Below are positions 14,801 through 32,800 of a stretch of 64,000 nt of DNA, piece by piece. The notes below the pieces were generated by a model. It worked only from the letters and a program-made list of their open reading frames with translations, did no database searches and had not been told where the DNA came from. The first letter of the stretch is position 1; every line of letters starts with the position of its first letter. The translations under genes were made by a program, and so were the position numbers. Source of the stretch: Eledone cirrhosa. Lineage: Eukaryota. The stretch spans positions 32,736,001-32,800,000 of the forward strand of contig OZ024746.1 of assembly GCA_964016885.1 (NCBI GenBank), read 5' to 3'.

Positions 14801-17800
14801 CCAAACAGTACACTCCTTCATTCCAACCTACACCACCCATCCAAACAGTCCACCCCTACATTCCAACCTACATCACCCATCCAAACAGTCCACCCCTACA
14901 TTCCAACCTACAACACCCAACCAAACAGTACACCCCTACATTCCAACCTACAACACCCAACCAAACAGTACACCCCTACATTCCAACCTACAACACCCAA
15001 CCAAACAGTACACCCCTACATTCCAACCTACAACACCCATCCAAACAGTACACTCCTTCATTCCAACCTACACCACCCATCCAAACAGTCCACCCCTACA
15101 TTCCAACCTACATCACCCATCCAAACAGTCCACCCCTACATTCCAACCTACAACACCCAACCAAACAGTACACCCCTACATTCCAACCTACAACACCCAT
15201 CCAAACAGTCCACCCCTACATTCCAACCTACAACACCCATCCAAACAGTCCACCCCTACATTCCAACCTACAACACCCAACCAAACAGTACACCCCTACA
15301 TTCCAACCTACAACACCCAACCAAACAGTACACCCCTACATTCCAACCTACAACACCCAACCAAACAGTACACCCCTACATTCCAACCTACGACACCCAA
15401 CCAAACAGTACACCCCTACATTCCAACCTACACCACCCATCCAAACAGTACACTCCTTCATTCCAACCTACAAACACCCATCCAAACAGTACACCCCTAC
15501 ATTCCAACCTACACCACCCATCCAAACAGTCCACCCCTACATTCCAACCTACAACACCCAACCAAACAGTCCACCCCTACATTCCAACCTACAACACCCA
15601 TCCAAACAGTACACCCCTACATTCCAACCTACAACACCCATCCAAACAGTACACCCCTTCATTCGAACCTACAACACCCAACCAAACAGTACACCCCTAC
15701 ATTCCAACCTACACCACCCATCCAAACAGTACACCCCTACATTCCAACCTACAACACCCATCCAAACAGTACACCCCTTCATTCGAACCTACAACACCCA
15801 ACCAAACAGTACACCCCTACATTCCAACCTACACCACCCATCCAAACAGTACACCCCTACATTCCAACCTACAACACCCATCCAAACAGTACACCCCTTC
15901 ATTCGAACCTACAACACCCAACCAAACAGTACACCCCTACATTCCAACCTACAACACCCAACCAAACAGTACACCCCTACATTCCAACCTACACCACCCA
16001 TCCAAACAGTCCACCCCTACATTCCAACCTACAACACCCAACCAAACAGTACACCCCTACATTCCAACCTACAACACCCAACCAAACAGTACACCCCTAC
16101 ATTCCAACCTACAACACCCATCCAAACAGTACACTCCTACATTCCAATCTACAACACCCAACCAAACAGTACACCCCTACATTCCAACCTACAACACCCA
16201 TCCAAACAGTCCACCCCTACATTCCAACCTACAACACCCATCCAAACAGTACACCCCTACATTCCAACCTAAACCACCCATCCAAACAGTCCACCCCTAC
16301 ATTCCAACCTACAACACCCAACCAAACAGTCCACCCCTACATTCCAACCTACAACACCCATCCAAACAGTACACCCCTACATTCCAACCTACAACACCCA
16401 TCCAAACAGTACACCCCTTCATTCGAACCTACAACACCCAACCAAACAGTACACCCCTACATTCCAACCTACACCACCCATCCAAACAGTACACCCCTAC
16501 ATTCCAACCTACAACACCCATCCAAACAGTACACCCCTTCATTCGAACCTACAACACCCAACCAAACAGTACACCCCTACATTCCAACCTACACCACCCA
16601 TCCAAACAGTACACCCCTACATTCCAACCTACAACACCCATCCAAACAGTACACCCCTTCATTCGAACCTACAACACCCAACCAAACAGTACACCCCTAC
16701 ATTCCAACCTACAACACCCAACCAAACAGTACACCCCTACATTCCAACCTACACCACCCATCCAAACAGTCCACCCCTACATTCCAACCTACAACACCCA
16801 ACCAAACAGTACACCCCTACATTCCAACCTACAACACCCAACCAAACAGTACACCCCTACATTCCAACCTACAACACCCATCCAAACAGTACACTCCTAC
16901 ATTCCAATCTACAACACCCAACCAAACAGTACACCCCTACATTCCAACCTACAACACCCATCCAAACAGTCCACCCCTACATTCCAACCTACAACACCCA
17001 TCCAAACAGTCCACCCCTACATTCCAACCTACAACACCCATCCAAACAGTACACCCCTACATTCCAACCTACATCACCCATCCAAACAGTACACCCCTAC
17101 ATTCCAACCTACAACACCCATCCAAACAGTCCACCCCTACATTCCAACCTACATCACCCGATCCAAACAGTACACCCCTACATTCCAACCTACAACACCC
17201 ATCCAAACAGTACACCCCTACATTCCAACCTACAACACCCATCCAAACAGTACACCCCTACATTCCAACCTACAACACCCATCCAAACAGTCCACCCCTA
17301 CATTCCAACCTACAACACCCATCCAAACAGTACACCCCTACATTCCAACCTACAACACCCATCCAAACAGACCACCCCTACGTTCCAACCTACATCACCC
17401 ATCCAAACAGTACACCCCTACATTCCAACCTACAACACCCATCCAAACAGACCACCCCTACGTTCCAACCTACATCACCCATCCAAACAGACCACCCCTA
17501 CATTCCAACCTACAACACCCATCCAAACAGTACACTCCTACATTCCAACCTACAACACCCATCCAAACAGTCCACCCCTACATTCCAACCTACAACACCC
17601 ATCCAAACAGTACACCCCTACATTCCAACCTACAACACCCATCCAAACAGTCCACCCCTACATTCCAACCTACAACACCCATCCAAACAGTCCACCCCTA
17701 CATTCCAACCTACAACACCCATCCAAACAGTCCACCCCTACATTCCAACCTACAACACCCATCCAAACAGTACACTCCTACATTCCAACCTACAACACCC

Positions 17801-20800
17801 ATCCAAACAGTACACTCCTACATTCCAACCTACAACACCCATCCAAACAGTCCACCCCTACATTCCAACCTACAACACCCATCCAAACAGTCCACCCCTA
17901 CATTCCAACCTACAACACCCATCCAAACAGTCCACCCCTACATTCCAACCTACAACACCCATCCAAACAGTACACTCCTACATTCCAACCTACAACACCC
18001 ATCCAAACAGTCCACCCCTACATTCCAACCTACAACACCCATCCAAACAGTCCACCCCTACATTCCAACCTACATCACCCATCCAAACAGTACACTCCTA
18101 CATTCCAACCTACAACACCCATCCAAACAGTCCACCCCTACATTCCAACCTACAACACCCATCCAAACAGTCCACCCCTACATTCCAACCTACATCACCC
18201 ATCCAAACAGTACACCCCTACATTCCAACCTACAACACCCATCCAAACAGTCCAGCCCTACATTCCAACCTACAACACCCATCCAAACAGTACACTCCTA
18301 CATTCCAACCTACAACACCCAACCAAACAGTACACCCCTACATTCCAACCTACAACACCCAACCAAACAGTACACCCCTACATTCCAACCTACACCACAC
18401 ATCCAAACAGTACACCTCTACATTCCAACCTACAACACCCATCCAAACAGTCCACCCCTACATTCCAACCTACAACACCCATCCAAACAGTCCACCCCTA
18501 CATTCCAACCTACACCACCCATCCAAACAGTACACCCCTACATTCCAACCTACAACACCCATCCAAACAGTCCACCCCTACATTCCAACCTACAACACCC
18601 ATCCAAACAGTACACTCCTACATTCCAACCTACAACACCCAACCAAACAGTACACCCCTACATTCCAACCTACAACACCCATCCAAACAGTCCACCACTA
18701 CATTCCAACCTACAACACCCATCCAAACAGTACACTCCTACATTCCAACCTACACCACCCAACCAAACAGTACACCCCTACATTCCAACCTACAACACCC
18801 ATCCAAACAGTACACCCCTACATTCCAACCTACAACACCCATCCAAACAGTACACTCCTACATTCCAACCTACACCACCCAACCAAACAGTACACCCCTA
18901 CATTCCAACCTACAACACCCATCCAAACAGTACACCCCTACATTCCAACCTACAACACCCATCCAAACAGTACACCTCTACATTCCAACCTACAACACCC
19001 ATCCAAACAGTCCACCCCTACATTCCAACCTACAACACCCATCCAAACAGTACACCCCTACATTCCAACCTACAACACCCATCCAAACAGTACACCTCTA
19101 CATTCCAACCTACAACACCCATCCAAACAGTCCACCCCTACATTCTAACCTACAACACCCATCCAAACAGTCCACCCCTACATTCCAACCTACACCACCC
19201 ATCCAAACAGTACACCCCTACATTCCAACCTACAACACCCATCCAAACAGTCCACCCCTACATTCCAACCTACAACACCCATCCAAACAGTACACTCCTA
19301 CATTCCAACCTACAACACCCAACCAAACAGTACACCCCTACATTCCAACCTACAACACCCATCCAAACAGTCCACCCCTACATTCCAACCTACAACACCC
19401 ATCCAAACAGTACACTCCTACATTCCAACCTACAACACCCAACCAAACAGTACACCCCTACATTCCAACCTACAACACCCAACCAAACAGTACACCCCTA
19501 CATTCCAACCTACAACACCCAACCAAACAGTACACCCCTACATTCCAACCTACAACACCCAACCAAACAGTACACCCCTACATTCCAACCTACAACACCC
19601 ATCCAAACAGTACACTCCTACATTCCAACCTACAACACCCAACCAAACAGTCCACCCCTACATTCCAACCTACAACACCCAACCAAACAGTACACCCCTA
19701 CATTCCAACCTACAACACCCATCCAAACAGTACACCCCTACATTCCAACCTACAACACCCATCCAAACAGTCCACCCCTACATTCCAACCTACAACACCC
19801 AACCAAACAGTCCACCCCTACATTCCAACCTACACCACCCATCCAAACAGTACACCCCTACATTCCAACCTACAACACCCATCCAAACAGACCACCCCTA
19901 CATTCCAACCTACAACACCCATCCAAACAGTACACTCCTACATTCCAACCTACAACACCCATCCAAACAGTCCACCCCTACATTCCAACCTACAACACCC
20001 ATCCAAACAGTACACCCCTACATTCCAACCTACAACACCCATCCAAACAGTCCACCCCTACATTCCAACCTACAACACCCATCCAAACAGTACACCCCTA
20101 CATTCCAACCTACAACACCCATCCAAACAGTACACCTCTACATTCCAACCTACAACACCCATCCAAACAGTCCACCCCTACATTCCAACCTACAACACCC
20201 ATCCAAACAGTACACCCCTACATTCCAACCTACACCACCCATCCAAACAGTACACCCCTACATTCCAACCTACAACACCCATCCAAACAGTCCACCCCTA
20301 CATTCCAACCTACAACACCCATCCAAACAGTACACTCCTACATTCAACCTACAACACCCAACCAAACAGTACACCCCTACATTCCAACCTACAACACCCA
20401 TCCAAACAGTCCACCCCTACATTCCAACCTACAACACCCATCCAAACAGTACACTCCTACATTCCAACCTACAACACCCAACCAAACAGTACACCCCTAC
20501 ATTCCAACCTACAACACCCATCCAAACAGTACACCCCTACATTCCAACCTACAACACCCATCCAAACAGTACACCCCTACATTCCAACCTACAACACCCA
20601 ACCAAACAGTACACCCCTACATTCCAACCTACAACACCCATCCAAACAGTACACCCCTACATTCCAACCTACAACACCCATCCAAACAGTCCAGCCCTAC
20701 ATTCCAACCTACAACACCCATCCAAACAGTACACTCCTACATTCCAACCTACAACACCCAACCAAACAGTACACCCCTACATTCCAACCTACAACACCCA

Positions 20801-23800
20801 ACCAAACAGTACACCCCTACATTCCAACCTACACCACACATCCAAACAGTACACCTCTACATTCCAACCTACAACACCCATCCAAACAGTCCACCCCTAC
20901 ATTCCAACCTACAACACCCATCCAAACAGTCCACCCCTACATTCCAACCTACACCACCCATCCAAACAGTACACCCCTACATTCCAACCTACAACACCCA
21001 TCCAAACAATCCACCCCTACATTCCAACCTACAACACCCATCCAAACAGTACACTCCTACATTCCAACCTACAACACCCAACCAAACAGTACACCCCTAC
21101 ATTCCAACCTACAACACCCATCCAAACAGTCCACCACTACATTCCAACCTACAACACCCATCCAAACAGTACACTCCTACATTCCAACCTACACCACCCA
21201 ACCAAACAGTACACCCCTACATTCCAACCTACAACACCCATCCAAACAGTACACCCCTACATTCCAACCTACAACACCCATCCAAACAGTACACTCCTAC
21301 ATTCCAACCTACACCACCCAACCAAACAGTACACCCCTACATTCCAACCTACAACACCCATCCAAACAGTACACCCCTACATTCCAACCTACAACACCCA
21401 TCCAAACAGTACACCTCTACATTCCAACCTACAACACCCATCCAAACAGTCCACCCCTACATTCCAACCTACAACACCCATCCAAACAGTACACCCCTAC
21501 ATTCCAACCTACAACACCCATCCAAACAGTACACCTCTACATTCCAACCTACAACACCCATCCAAACAGTCCACCCCTACATTCTAACCTACAACACCCA
21601 TCCAAACAGTCCACCCCTACATTCCAACCTACACCACCCATCCAAACAGTACACCCCTACATTCCAACCTACAACACCCATCCAAACAGTCCACCCCTAC
21701 ATTCCAACCTACAACACCCATCCAAACAGTACACTCCTACATTCCAACCTACAACACCCAACCAAACAGTACACCCCTACATTCCAACCTACAACACCCA
21801 TCCAAACAGTCCACCCCTACATTCCAACCTACAACACCCATCCAAACAGTACACTCCTACATTCCAACCTACAACACCCAACCAAACAGTACACCCCTAC
21901 ATTCCAACCTACAACACCCAACCAAACAGTACACCCCTACATTCCAACCTACAACACCCAACCAAACAGTACACCCCTACATTCCAACCTACAACACCCA
22001 ACCAAACAGTACACCCCTACATTCCAACCTACAACACCCATCCAAACAGTACACTCCTACATTCCAACCTACAACACCCAACCAAACAGTCCACCCCTAC
22101 ATTCCAACCTACAACACCCAACCAAACAGTACACCCCTACATTCCAACCTACAACACCCATCCAAACAGTACACCCCTACATTCCAACCTACAACACCCA
22201 TCCAAACAGTCCACCCCTACATTCCAACCTACAACACCCAACCAAACAGTCCACCCCTACATTCCAACCTACACCACCCATCCAAACAGTACACCCCTAC
22301 ATTCCAACCTACAACACCCATCCAAACAGTCCACCCCTACATTCCAACCTACAACACCCATCCAAACAGTACGCTATCCAAACAGTACACCCCTACATTC
22401 CAACCTACAACACCCATCCAAACAGTCCACCCCTACATTCCAACCTACAACACCCAACCAAACAGTCCACCCCTACATTCCAACCTACAACACCCATCCA
22501 AACAGTACACTCCTACATTCCAACCTACAACACCCAACCAAACAGTACACCCCTACATTCCAACCTACAACACCCATCCAAACAGTACACTCCTACATTC
22601 CAACCTACAACACCCAACCAAACAGTACACCCCTACATTCCAACCTACAACACCCAACCAAACAGTACACCCCTACATTCCAACCTACAACACCCAACCA
22701 AACAGTACACCCCTACATTCCAACCTACAACACCCAACCAAACAGTACACCCCTACATTCCAACCTACAACACCCAACCAAACAGTACACCCCTACATTC
22801 CAACCTACAACACCCAACCAAACAGTCCACCCCTACATTCCAACCTACAACACCCATCCAAACAGTACACCCCTACATTCCAACCTACAACACCCATCCA
22901 AACAGTCCACCCCTACATTCCAACCTACAACACCCATCCAAACAGTACACTCCTACATTCCAACCTACAACACCCATCCAAACAGTACACCCCTACATTC
23001 CCACCTACAACACCCATCCAAACAGTACACCCCTACATTCCAACCTACAACACCCATCCAAACAGTCCACCCCTACATTCCAACCTACAACACCCATCCA
23101 AACAGTCCACCCCTACATTCCAACCTACAACACCCAACCAAACAGTCCACCCCTACATTCCAACCTACAACACCCATCCAAACAGTCCACCCCTACATTC
23201 CAACCTACAACACCCATCCAAACAGTCCACCCCTACATTCCAACCTACAACACCCAACCAAACAGTCCACCCCTACATTCCAACCTACAACACCCAACCA
23301 AACAGTACACCCCTACATTCCAACCTACAACACCCAACCAAACAGTCCACCCCTACATTCCAACCTACAACACCCAACCAAACAGTACACCCCTACATTC
23401 CAACCTACAACACCCATCCAAACAGTACACCCCTACATTCCAACCTACAACACCCATCCAAACAGTCCACCCCTACATTCCAACCTACAACACCCAACCA
23501 AACAGTCCACCCCTACATTCCAACCTACACCACCCATCCAAACAGTCCACCCCTACATTCCAACCTACAACACCCAACCAAACAGTACACCCCTACATTC
23601 CAACCTACAACACCCATCCAAACAGTACACCCCTACATTCCAACCTACAACACCCATCCAAACAGTCCACCCCTACATTCCAACCTACAACACCCATCCA
23701 AACAGTCCACCCCTACATTCCAACCTACAACACCCAACCAAACAGTCCACCCCTACATTCCAACCTACAACACCCATCCAAACAGTACACCCCTACATTC

Positions 23801-26800
23801 CAAACTACAACACCCATCCAAACAGTACACCCCTACATTCCCACCTACAACACCCATCCAAACAGTCCACCCCTACATTCCAACCTACACCACCCATCCA
23901 AACAGTACACCCCTACATTCCAACCTACAACACCCAACCAAACAGTACACCCCTACATTCCAACCTACAACACCCATCCAAACAGTACACCCCTACATTC
24001 CAACCTACAACACCCATCCAAACAGTCCACCCCTACATTCCAACCTACAACACCCATCCAAACAGTACACTCCTACATTCCAACCTACAACACCCAACCA
24101 AACAGTACACTCCTACATTCCAACCTACAACACCCATCCAAACAGTACACCCCTACATTCCAACCTACAACACCCATCCAAACAGTCCACCCCTACATTC
24201 CAACCTACAACACCCAACCAAACAGTCCATCCCTACATTCCAACCTATAACCACCCATCCAAATAGTACACTCCTACATTCCAACCTACAACACCCATCC
24301 AAAGAGTACACCCCTACATTCCAACCTACAACACCCATCCAAACAGTCCACCCCTACATTCCAACCTACAACACCCATCCAAACAGTACACCCCTACATT
24401 CCAACCTACAACACCCATCCAAACAGTACACCCCTACATTCCAACCTACAACACCCATCCAAAGAGTACACCCCTACATTCCAACCTACAACACCCATCC
24501 AAACAGTCCACCCCTACATTCCAACCTACAACACCCATCCAAACAGTCCACCCCTACATTCCAACCTACAACACCCATCCAAACAGTCCACCCCTACATT
24601 CCAACCTACAACACCCATCCAAACAGTACACCCCTACATTCCAACCTACAACACCCATCCAAACAGTCCACCCCTACATTCCAACCTACAACACCCATCC
24701 AAACAGTACACTCCTACATTCCAACCTACAACACCCATCCAAACAGTCCACCCCTACATTCCAACCTACAACACCCATCCAAACAGTACACCCCTACATT
24801 CCAACCTACATCACCCATCCAAACAGTACACCCCTACATTCCAACCTACAACACCCATCCAAACAGTCCACCCCTACATTCCAACCTACAACACCCATCC
24901 AAACAGTCCACCCCTACATTCCAACCTACAACACCCATCCAAACAGTACACCCCTACATTCCAACCTACATCACCCATCCAAACAGTACACCCCTACATT
25001 CCAACCTACAACACCCATCCAAACAGTCCACCCCTACATTCCAACCTACATCACCCATCTAAACAGTACACCCCTACATTCCAACCTACAACACCCATCC
25101 AAACAGTACACCCCTACATTCCAACCTACAACACCCATCCAAACAGTACACCCCTACATTCCAACCTACAACACCCATCCAAACAGTCCACCCCTACATT
25201 CTAACCTACAACACCCATCCAAACAGTACACCCCTACATTCCAACCTACAACACCCATCCAAACAGACCACCCCTACATTCCAACCTACACCACCCATCC
25301 AAACAGTCCACCCCTACATTCCAACCTACAACACCCATCCAAACAGTCCACCCCTACATTCCAACCTACAACACCCATCCAAACAGTACACCCCTACATT
25401 CCAACCTACAACACCCATCCAAACAGTCCACCCCTACATTCCAACCTACAACACCCATCCAAACAGTCCACCCCTACATTCCAACCTACAACACCCATCC
25501 AAACAGTCCACCCCTACATTCCAACCTACAACACCCATCCAAACAGTACACTCCTACATTCCAACCTACAACACCCATCCAAACAGTACACTCCTACATT
25601 CCAACCTACAACACCCATCCAAACAGTCCACCCCTACATTCCAACCTACAACACCCATCCAAACAGTCCACCCCTACATTCCAACCTACAACACCCATCC
25701 AAACAGTCCACCCCTACATTCCAACCTACAACACCCATCCAAACAGTACACTCCTACATTCCAACCTACAACACCCATCCAAACAGTCCACCCCTACATT
25801 CCAACCTACAACACCCATCCAAACAGTCCACCCCTACATTCCAACCTACATCACCCATCCAAACAGTACACTCCTACATTCCAACCTACAACACCCATCC
25901 AAACAGTCCACCCCTACATTCCAACCTACAACACCCATCCAAACAGTCCACCCCTACATTCCAACCTACAACACCCATCCAAACAGTCCACCCCTACATT
26001 CCAACCTACAACACCCATCCAAACAGTCCACCCCTACATTCCAACCTACAACACCCAACCAAACGGTACACCCCCTACATTCCAACCTACAACACCCATC
26101 CAAACAGTACACCCCTACATTCCAACCTACAACACCCAACCAAACAGTACACCCCCTACATTCCAACCTACAACACCCACCCAAACAGTACACTCCTACA
26201 TTCCAACCTACAACACCCATCCAAACAGTCCACCCCTACATTCCAACCTACAACACCCATCCAAACAGTACACTCCTTCATTCCAACCTACAACACCCAT
26301 CCAAACAGTCCACCCCTACATTCCAACCTACAACACCCATCCAAACAGTCCACCCCTACATTCCAACCTACAACACCCATCCAAACAGTCCACCCCTACA
26401 TTCCAACCTACAACACCCATCCAAACAGTACACCCCTACATTCCAACCTACAACACCCATCCAAACTGTACACCCCTACATTCCAACCTACAACACCCAA
26501 CCAAACGGTACACCCCCTACATTCCAACCTACAACACCCATCCAAACAGTACACTCCTTCATTCCAACCTACAACACCCATCCAAACAGTCCACCCCTAC
26601 ATTCCAACCTACAACACCCATCCAAACAGTCCACCCCTACATTCCAACCTACAACACCCATCCAAACAGTACACTCCTACATTCGAACCTACAACACCCA
26701 TCCAAACAGTCCACCCCTACATTCCAACCTACAACACCCATCCAAACAGTCCACCCCTACATTCCAACCTACATCACCCATCCAAACAGTACACTCCTAC

Positions 26801-29800
26801 ATTCCAACCTACAACACCCATCCAAACAGTCCACCCCTACATTCCAACCTACAACACCCATCCAAACAGTCCACCCCTACATTCCAACCTACAACACCCA
26901 TCCAAACAGTCCACCCCTACATTCCAACCTACAACACCCATCCAAACAGTACACCCCTACATTCCAACCTACAACACCCATCCAAACAGTACACCCCTAC
27001 ATTCCAACCTACAACACCCAACCAAACGGTACACCCCCTACATTCCAACCTACAACACCCATCCAAACAGCACACTCCTTCATTCCAACCTACAACACCC
27101 ATCCAAACAGTACACCCCTACATTCCAACCTACAACACCCATCCAAACAGTACACCCCTACATTCCAACCTACAACACCCAACCAAACGGTACACCCCCT
27201 ACATTCCAACCTACAACACCCATCCAAACAGTACACCCCTACATTCCAACCTACAACACCCATCCAAACAGTCCACCCCTACATTCCAACCTACAACACC
27301 CAACCAAACGGTACACCCCCTACATTCCAACCTACAACACCCATCCAAACAGTACACCCCTACATTCCAACCTACAACACCCAACCAAACGGTACACCCC
27401 CTACATTCCAACCTACAACACCCAACCAAACGGTACACCCCCTACATTCCAACCTACAACACCCATCCAAACAGTACACCCCTACATTCCAACCTACAAC
27501 ACCCATCCAAACAGTCCACCCCTACATTCCAACCTACAACACCCAACCAAACAGTACACCCCTACATTCCAATCTACAACACCCATCCAAACAGTACACT
27601 CCTTCATTCCATCCTACAACACCCATCCAAACAGTACACCCCTACATTCCAACCTACAACACCCATCCAAACAGTACACCCCTACATTCCAACCTACAAC
27701 ACCCATCCAAACAGTCCACCCCTACATTCCAACCTACAACACCCATCCAAACAGTACACCCCTACATTCCAACCTACACCACCCATCCAAACAGTACACT
27801 CCTACATTCCAACCGACAACACCCATCCAAACAGTACACCCCTACATTCCAACCTACAACACCCATCCAAACAGTCCACCCTACATTCCAACCTAGAACA
27901 CCCATCCAAACAGTACACCCCTACATTCCAACCTACAACACCCATCCAAACAGTACACCCCTACATTCCAACCTACATCACCCATCCACACAGTACACCC
28001 CTACATTCCAACCTACAACACCCCACCAAACAGTACACCCCTACATTCCAACCTACAACACCCATCCAAACAGTACACCCCTACATTCCAACCTACAACA
28101 CCCAACCAAACAGTACACCCCTACATTCCAACCTACAACACCCAACCAAACAGTACACCCCTACATTCCAACCTACAACAGCCAACCAAACAGTACACCC
28201 CTACATTCCAACCTACAACACCCATCCAAACAGTACACTCCTTCATTCCAACCTACAACACGCAACCAAACAGTACACCCCTACATTCCAACCTACAACA
28301 CCCAACCAAACAGTACACCCCTACATTCCAACCTACAACACCCATCCAAACAGTACACTCCTTCATTCCAACCTACAACACCCAACCAAACAGTACACCC
28401 CTACATTCCAACCTACAACACCCAACCAAACAGTACACCCCTACATTCCAACCTACAACACCCATCCAAACAGTACACTCCTACATTCCAACCTACAACA
28501 CCCAACCAAACAGTACACCCCTACATTCCAACCTACAACACCCAACCAAACAGTACACCCCTACATTCCAACCTACAACACCCATCCAAACAGTACACTC
28601 CTTCATTCCAACCTACAACACCCAACCAAACAGTACACCCCTACATTCCAACCTACAACACCCAACCAAACAGTACACCCCTACATTCCAACCTACAACA
28701 CCCAACCAAACAGTACACCCCTACATTCCAACCTACAACACCCATCCAAACAGTACACTCCTTCATTCCAACCTACAACACCCAACCAAACAGTACACCC
28801 CTACATTCCAACCTACAACACCCAACCAAACAGTCCACCCCTACATTCCAACCTACAACACCCAACCAAACAGTACACTCCTACATTCCAACCTACAACA
28901 CCCAACCAAACAGTCCACCCCTACATTCCAACCTACAACACCCAACCAAACAGTACACTCCTACATTCCAACCTACAACACCCAACCAAACAGTCCACCC
29001 CTACATTCCAACCTACAACACCCAACCAAACAGTACACCCCTACATTCCAACCTACAACACCCATCCAAACAGTCCACCCCTACATTCCAACCTACAACA
29101 CCCATCCAAACAGTACACTCCTTCATTCCAACCTACACCACCCATCCAAACAGTCCACCCCTACATTCCAACCTACATCACCCATCCAAACAGTCCACCC
29201 CTACATTCCAACCTACAACACCCAACCAAACAGTACACCCCTACATTCCAACCTACAACACCCAACCAAACAGTACACCCCTACATTCCAACCTACAACA
29301 CCCAACCAAACAGTACACCCCTACATTCCAACCTACAACACCCATCCAAACAGTACACTCCTTCATTCCAACCTACACCACCCATCCAAACAGTCCACCC
29401 CTACATTCCAACCTACATCACCCATCCAAACAGTCCACCCCTACATTCCAACCTACAACACCCAACCAAACAGTACACCCCTACATTCCAACCTACAACA
29501 CCCATCCAAACAGTCCACCCCTACATTCCAACCTACAACACCCATCCAAACAGTCCACCCCTACATTCCAACCTACAACACCCAACCAAACAGTACACCC
29601 CTACATTCCAACCTACAACACCCAACCAAACAGTACACCCCTACATTCCAACCTACAACACCCAACCAAACAGTACACCCCTACATTCCAACCTACGACA
29701 CCCAACCAAACAGTACACCCCTACATTCCAACCTACACCACCCATCCAAACAGTACACTCCTTCATTCCAACCTACAAACACCCATCCAAACAGTACACC

Positions 29801-32800
29801 CCTACATTCCAACCTACACCACCCATCCAAACAGTCCACCCCTACATTCCAACCTACAACACCCAACCAAACAGTCCACCCCTACATTCCAACCTACAAC
29901 ACCCATCCAAACAGTACACCCCTACATTCCAACCTACAACACCCATCCAAACAGTACACCCCTTCATTCGAACCTACAACACCCAACCAAACAGTACACC
30001 CCTACATTCCAACCTACACCACCCATCCAAACAGTACACCCCTACATTCCAACCTACAACACCCATCCAAACAGTACACCCCTTCATTCGAACCTACAAC
30101 ACCCAACCAAACAGTACACCCCTACATTCCAACCTACACCACCCATCCAAACAGTACACCCCTACATTCCAACCTACAACACCCATCCAAACAGTACACC
30201 CCTTCATTCGAACCTACAACACCCAACCAAACAGTACACCCCTACATTCCAACCTACAACACCCAACCAAACAGTACACCCCTACATTCCAACCTACACC
30301 ACCCATCCAAACAGTCCACCCCTACATTCCAACCTACAACACCCAACCAAACAGTACACCCCTACATTCCAACCTACAACACCCAACCAAACAGTACACC
30401 CCTACATTCCAACCTACAACACCCATCCAAACAGTACACTCCTACATTCCAATCTACAACACCCAACCAAACAGTACACCCCTACATTCCAACCTACAAC
30501 ACCCATCCAAACAGTCCACCCCTACATTCCAACCTACAACACCCATCCAAACAGTACACCCCTACATTCCAACCTACACCACCCATCCAAACAGTCCACC
30601 CCTACATTCCAACCTACAACACCCAACCAAACAGTCCACCCCTACATTCCAACCTACAACACCCATCCAAACAGTACACCCCTACATTCCAACCTACAAC
30701 ACCCATCCAAACAGTACACCCCTTCATTCGAACCTACAACACCCAACCAAACAGTACACCCCTACATTCCAACCTACACCACCCATCCAAACAGTACACC
30801 CCTACATTCCAACCTACAACACCCATCCAAACAGTACACCCCTTCATTCGAACCTACAACACCCAACCAAACAGTACACCCCTACATTCCAACCTACACC
30901 ACCCATCAAAACAGTACACCCCTACATTCCAACCTACAACACCCATCCAAACAGTACACCCCTTCATTCGAACCTACAACACCCAACCAAACAGTACACC
31001 CCTACATTCCAACCTACAACACCCAACCAAACAGTACACCCCTACATTCCAACCTACACCACCCATCCAAACAGTCCACCCCTACATTCCAACCTACAAC
31101 ACCCAACCAAACAGTACACCCCTACATTCCAACCTACAACACCCAACCAAACAGTACACCCCTACATTCCAACCTACAACACCCATCCAAACAGTACACT
31201 CCTACATTCCAATCTACAACACCCAACCAAACAGTACACCCCTACATTCCAACCTACAACACCCATCCAAACAGTCCACCCCTACATTCCAACCTACAAC
31301 ACCCATCCAAACAGTCCACCCCTACATTCCAACCTACAACACCCATCCAAACAGTACACCCCTACATTCCAACCTACATCACCCATCCAAACAGTACACC
31401 CCTACATTCCAACCTACAACACCCATCCAAACAGTCCACCCCTACATTCCAACCTACATCACCCGATCCAAACAGTACACCCCTACATTCCAACCTACAA
31501 CACCCATCCAAACAGTACACCCCTACATTCCAACCTACAACACCCATCCAAACAGTACACCCCTACATTCCAACCTACAACACCCATCCAAACAGTCCAC
31601 CCCTACATTCCAACCTACAACACCCATCCAAACAGTACACCCCTACATTCCAACCTACAACACCCATCCAAACAGACCACCCCTACGTTCCAACCTACAT
31701 CACCCATCCAAACAGTACACCCCTACATTCCAACCTACAACACCCATCCAAACAGACCACCCCTACGTTCCAACCTACATCACCCATCCAAACAGACCAC
31801 CCCTACATTCCAACCTACAACACCCATCCAAACAGTACACTCCTACATTCCAACCTACAACACCCATCCAAACAGTCCACCCCTACATTCCAACCTACAA
31901 CACCCATCCAAACAGTACACCCCTACATTCCAACCTACAACACCCATCCAAACAGTCCACCCCTACATTCCAACCTACAACACCCATCCAAACAGTCCAC
32001 CCCTACATTCCAACCTACAACACCCATCCAAACAGTCCACCCCTACATTCCAACCTACAACACCCATCCAAACAGTACACTCCTACATTCCAACCTACAA
32101 CACCCATCCAAACAGTACACTCCTACATTCCAACCTACAACACCCATCCAAACAGTCCACCCCTACATTCCAACCTACAACACCCATCCAAACAGTCCAC
32201 CCCTACATTCCAACCTACAACACCCATCCAAACAGTCCACCCCTACATTCCAACCTACAACACCCATCCAAACAGTACACTCCTACATTCCAACCTACAA
32301 CACCCATCCAAACAGTCCACCCCTACATTCCAACCTACAACACCCATCCAAACAGTCCACCCCTACATTCCAACCTACATCACCCATCCAAACAGTACAC
32401 TCCTACATTCCAACCTACAACACCCATCCAAACAGTCCACCCCTACATTCCAACCTACAACACCCATCCAAACAGTCCACCCCTACATTCCAACCTACAT
32501 CACCCATCCAAACAGTACACCCCTACATTCCAACCTACAACACCCATCCAAACAGTCCAGCCCTACATTCCAACCTACAACACCCATCCAAACAGTACAC
32601 TCCTACATTCCAACCTACAACACCCAACCAAACAGTACACCCCTACATTCCAACCTACAACACCCAACCAAACAGTACACCCCTACATTCCAACCTACAC
32701 CACACATCCAAACAGTACACCTCTACATTCCAACCTACAACACCCATCCAAACAGTCCACCCCTACATTCCAACCTACAACACCCATCCAAACAGTCCAC

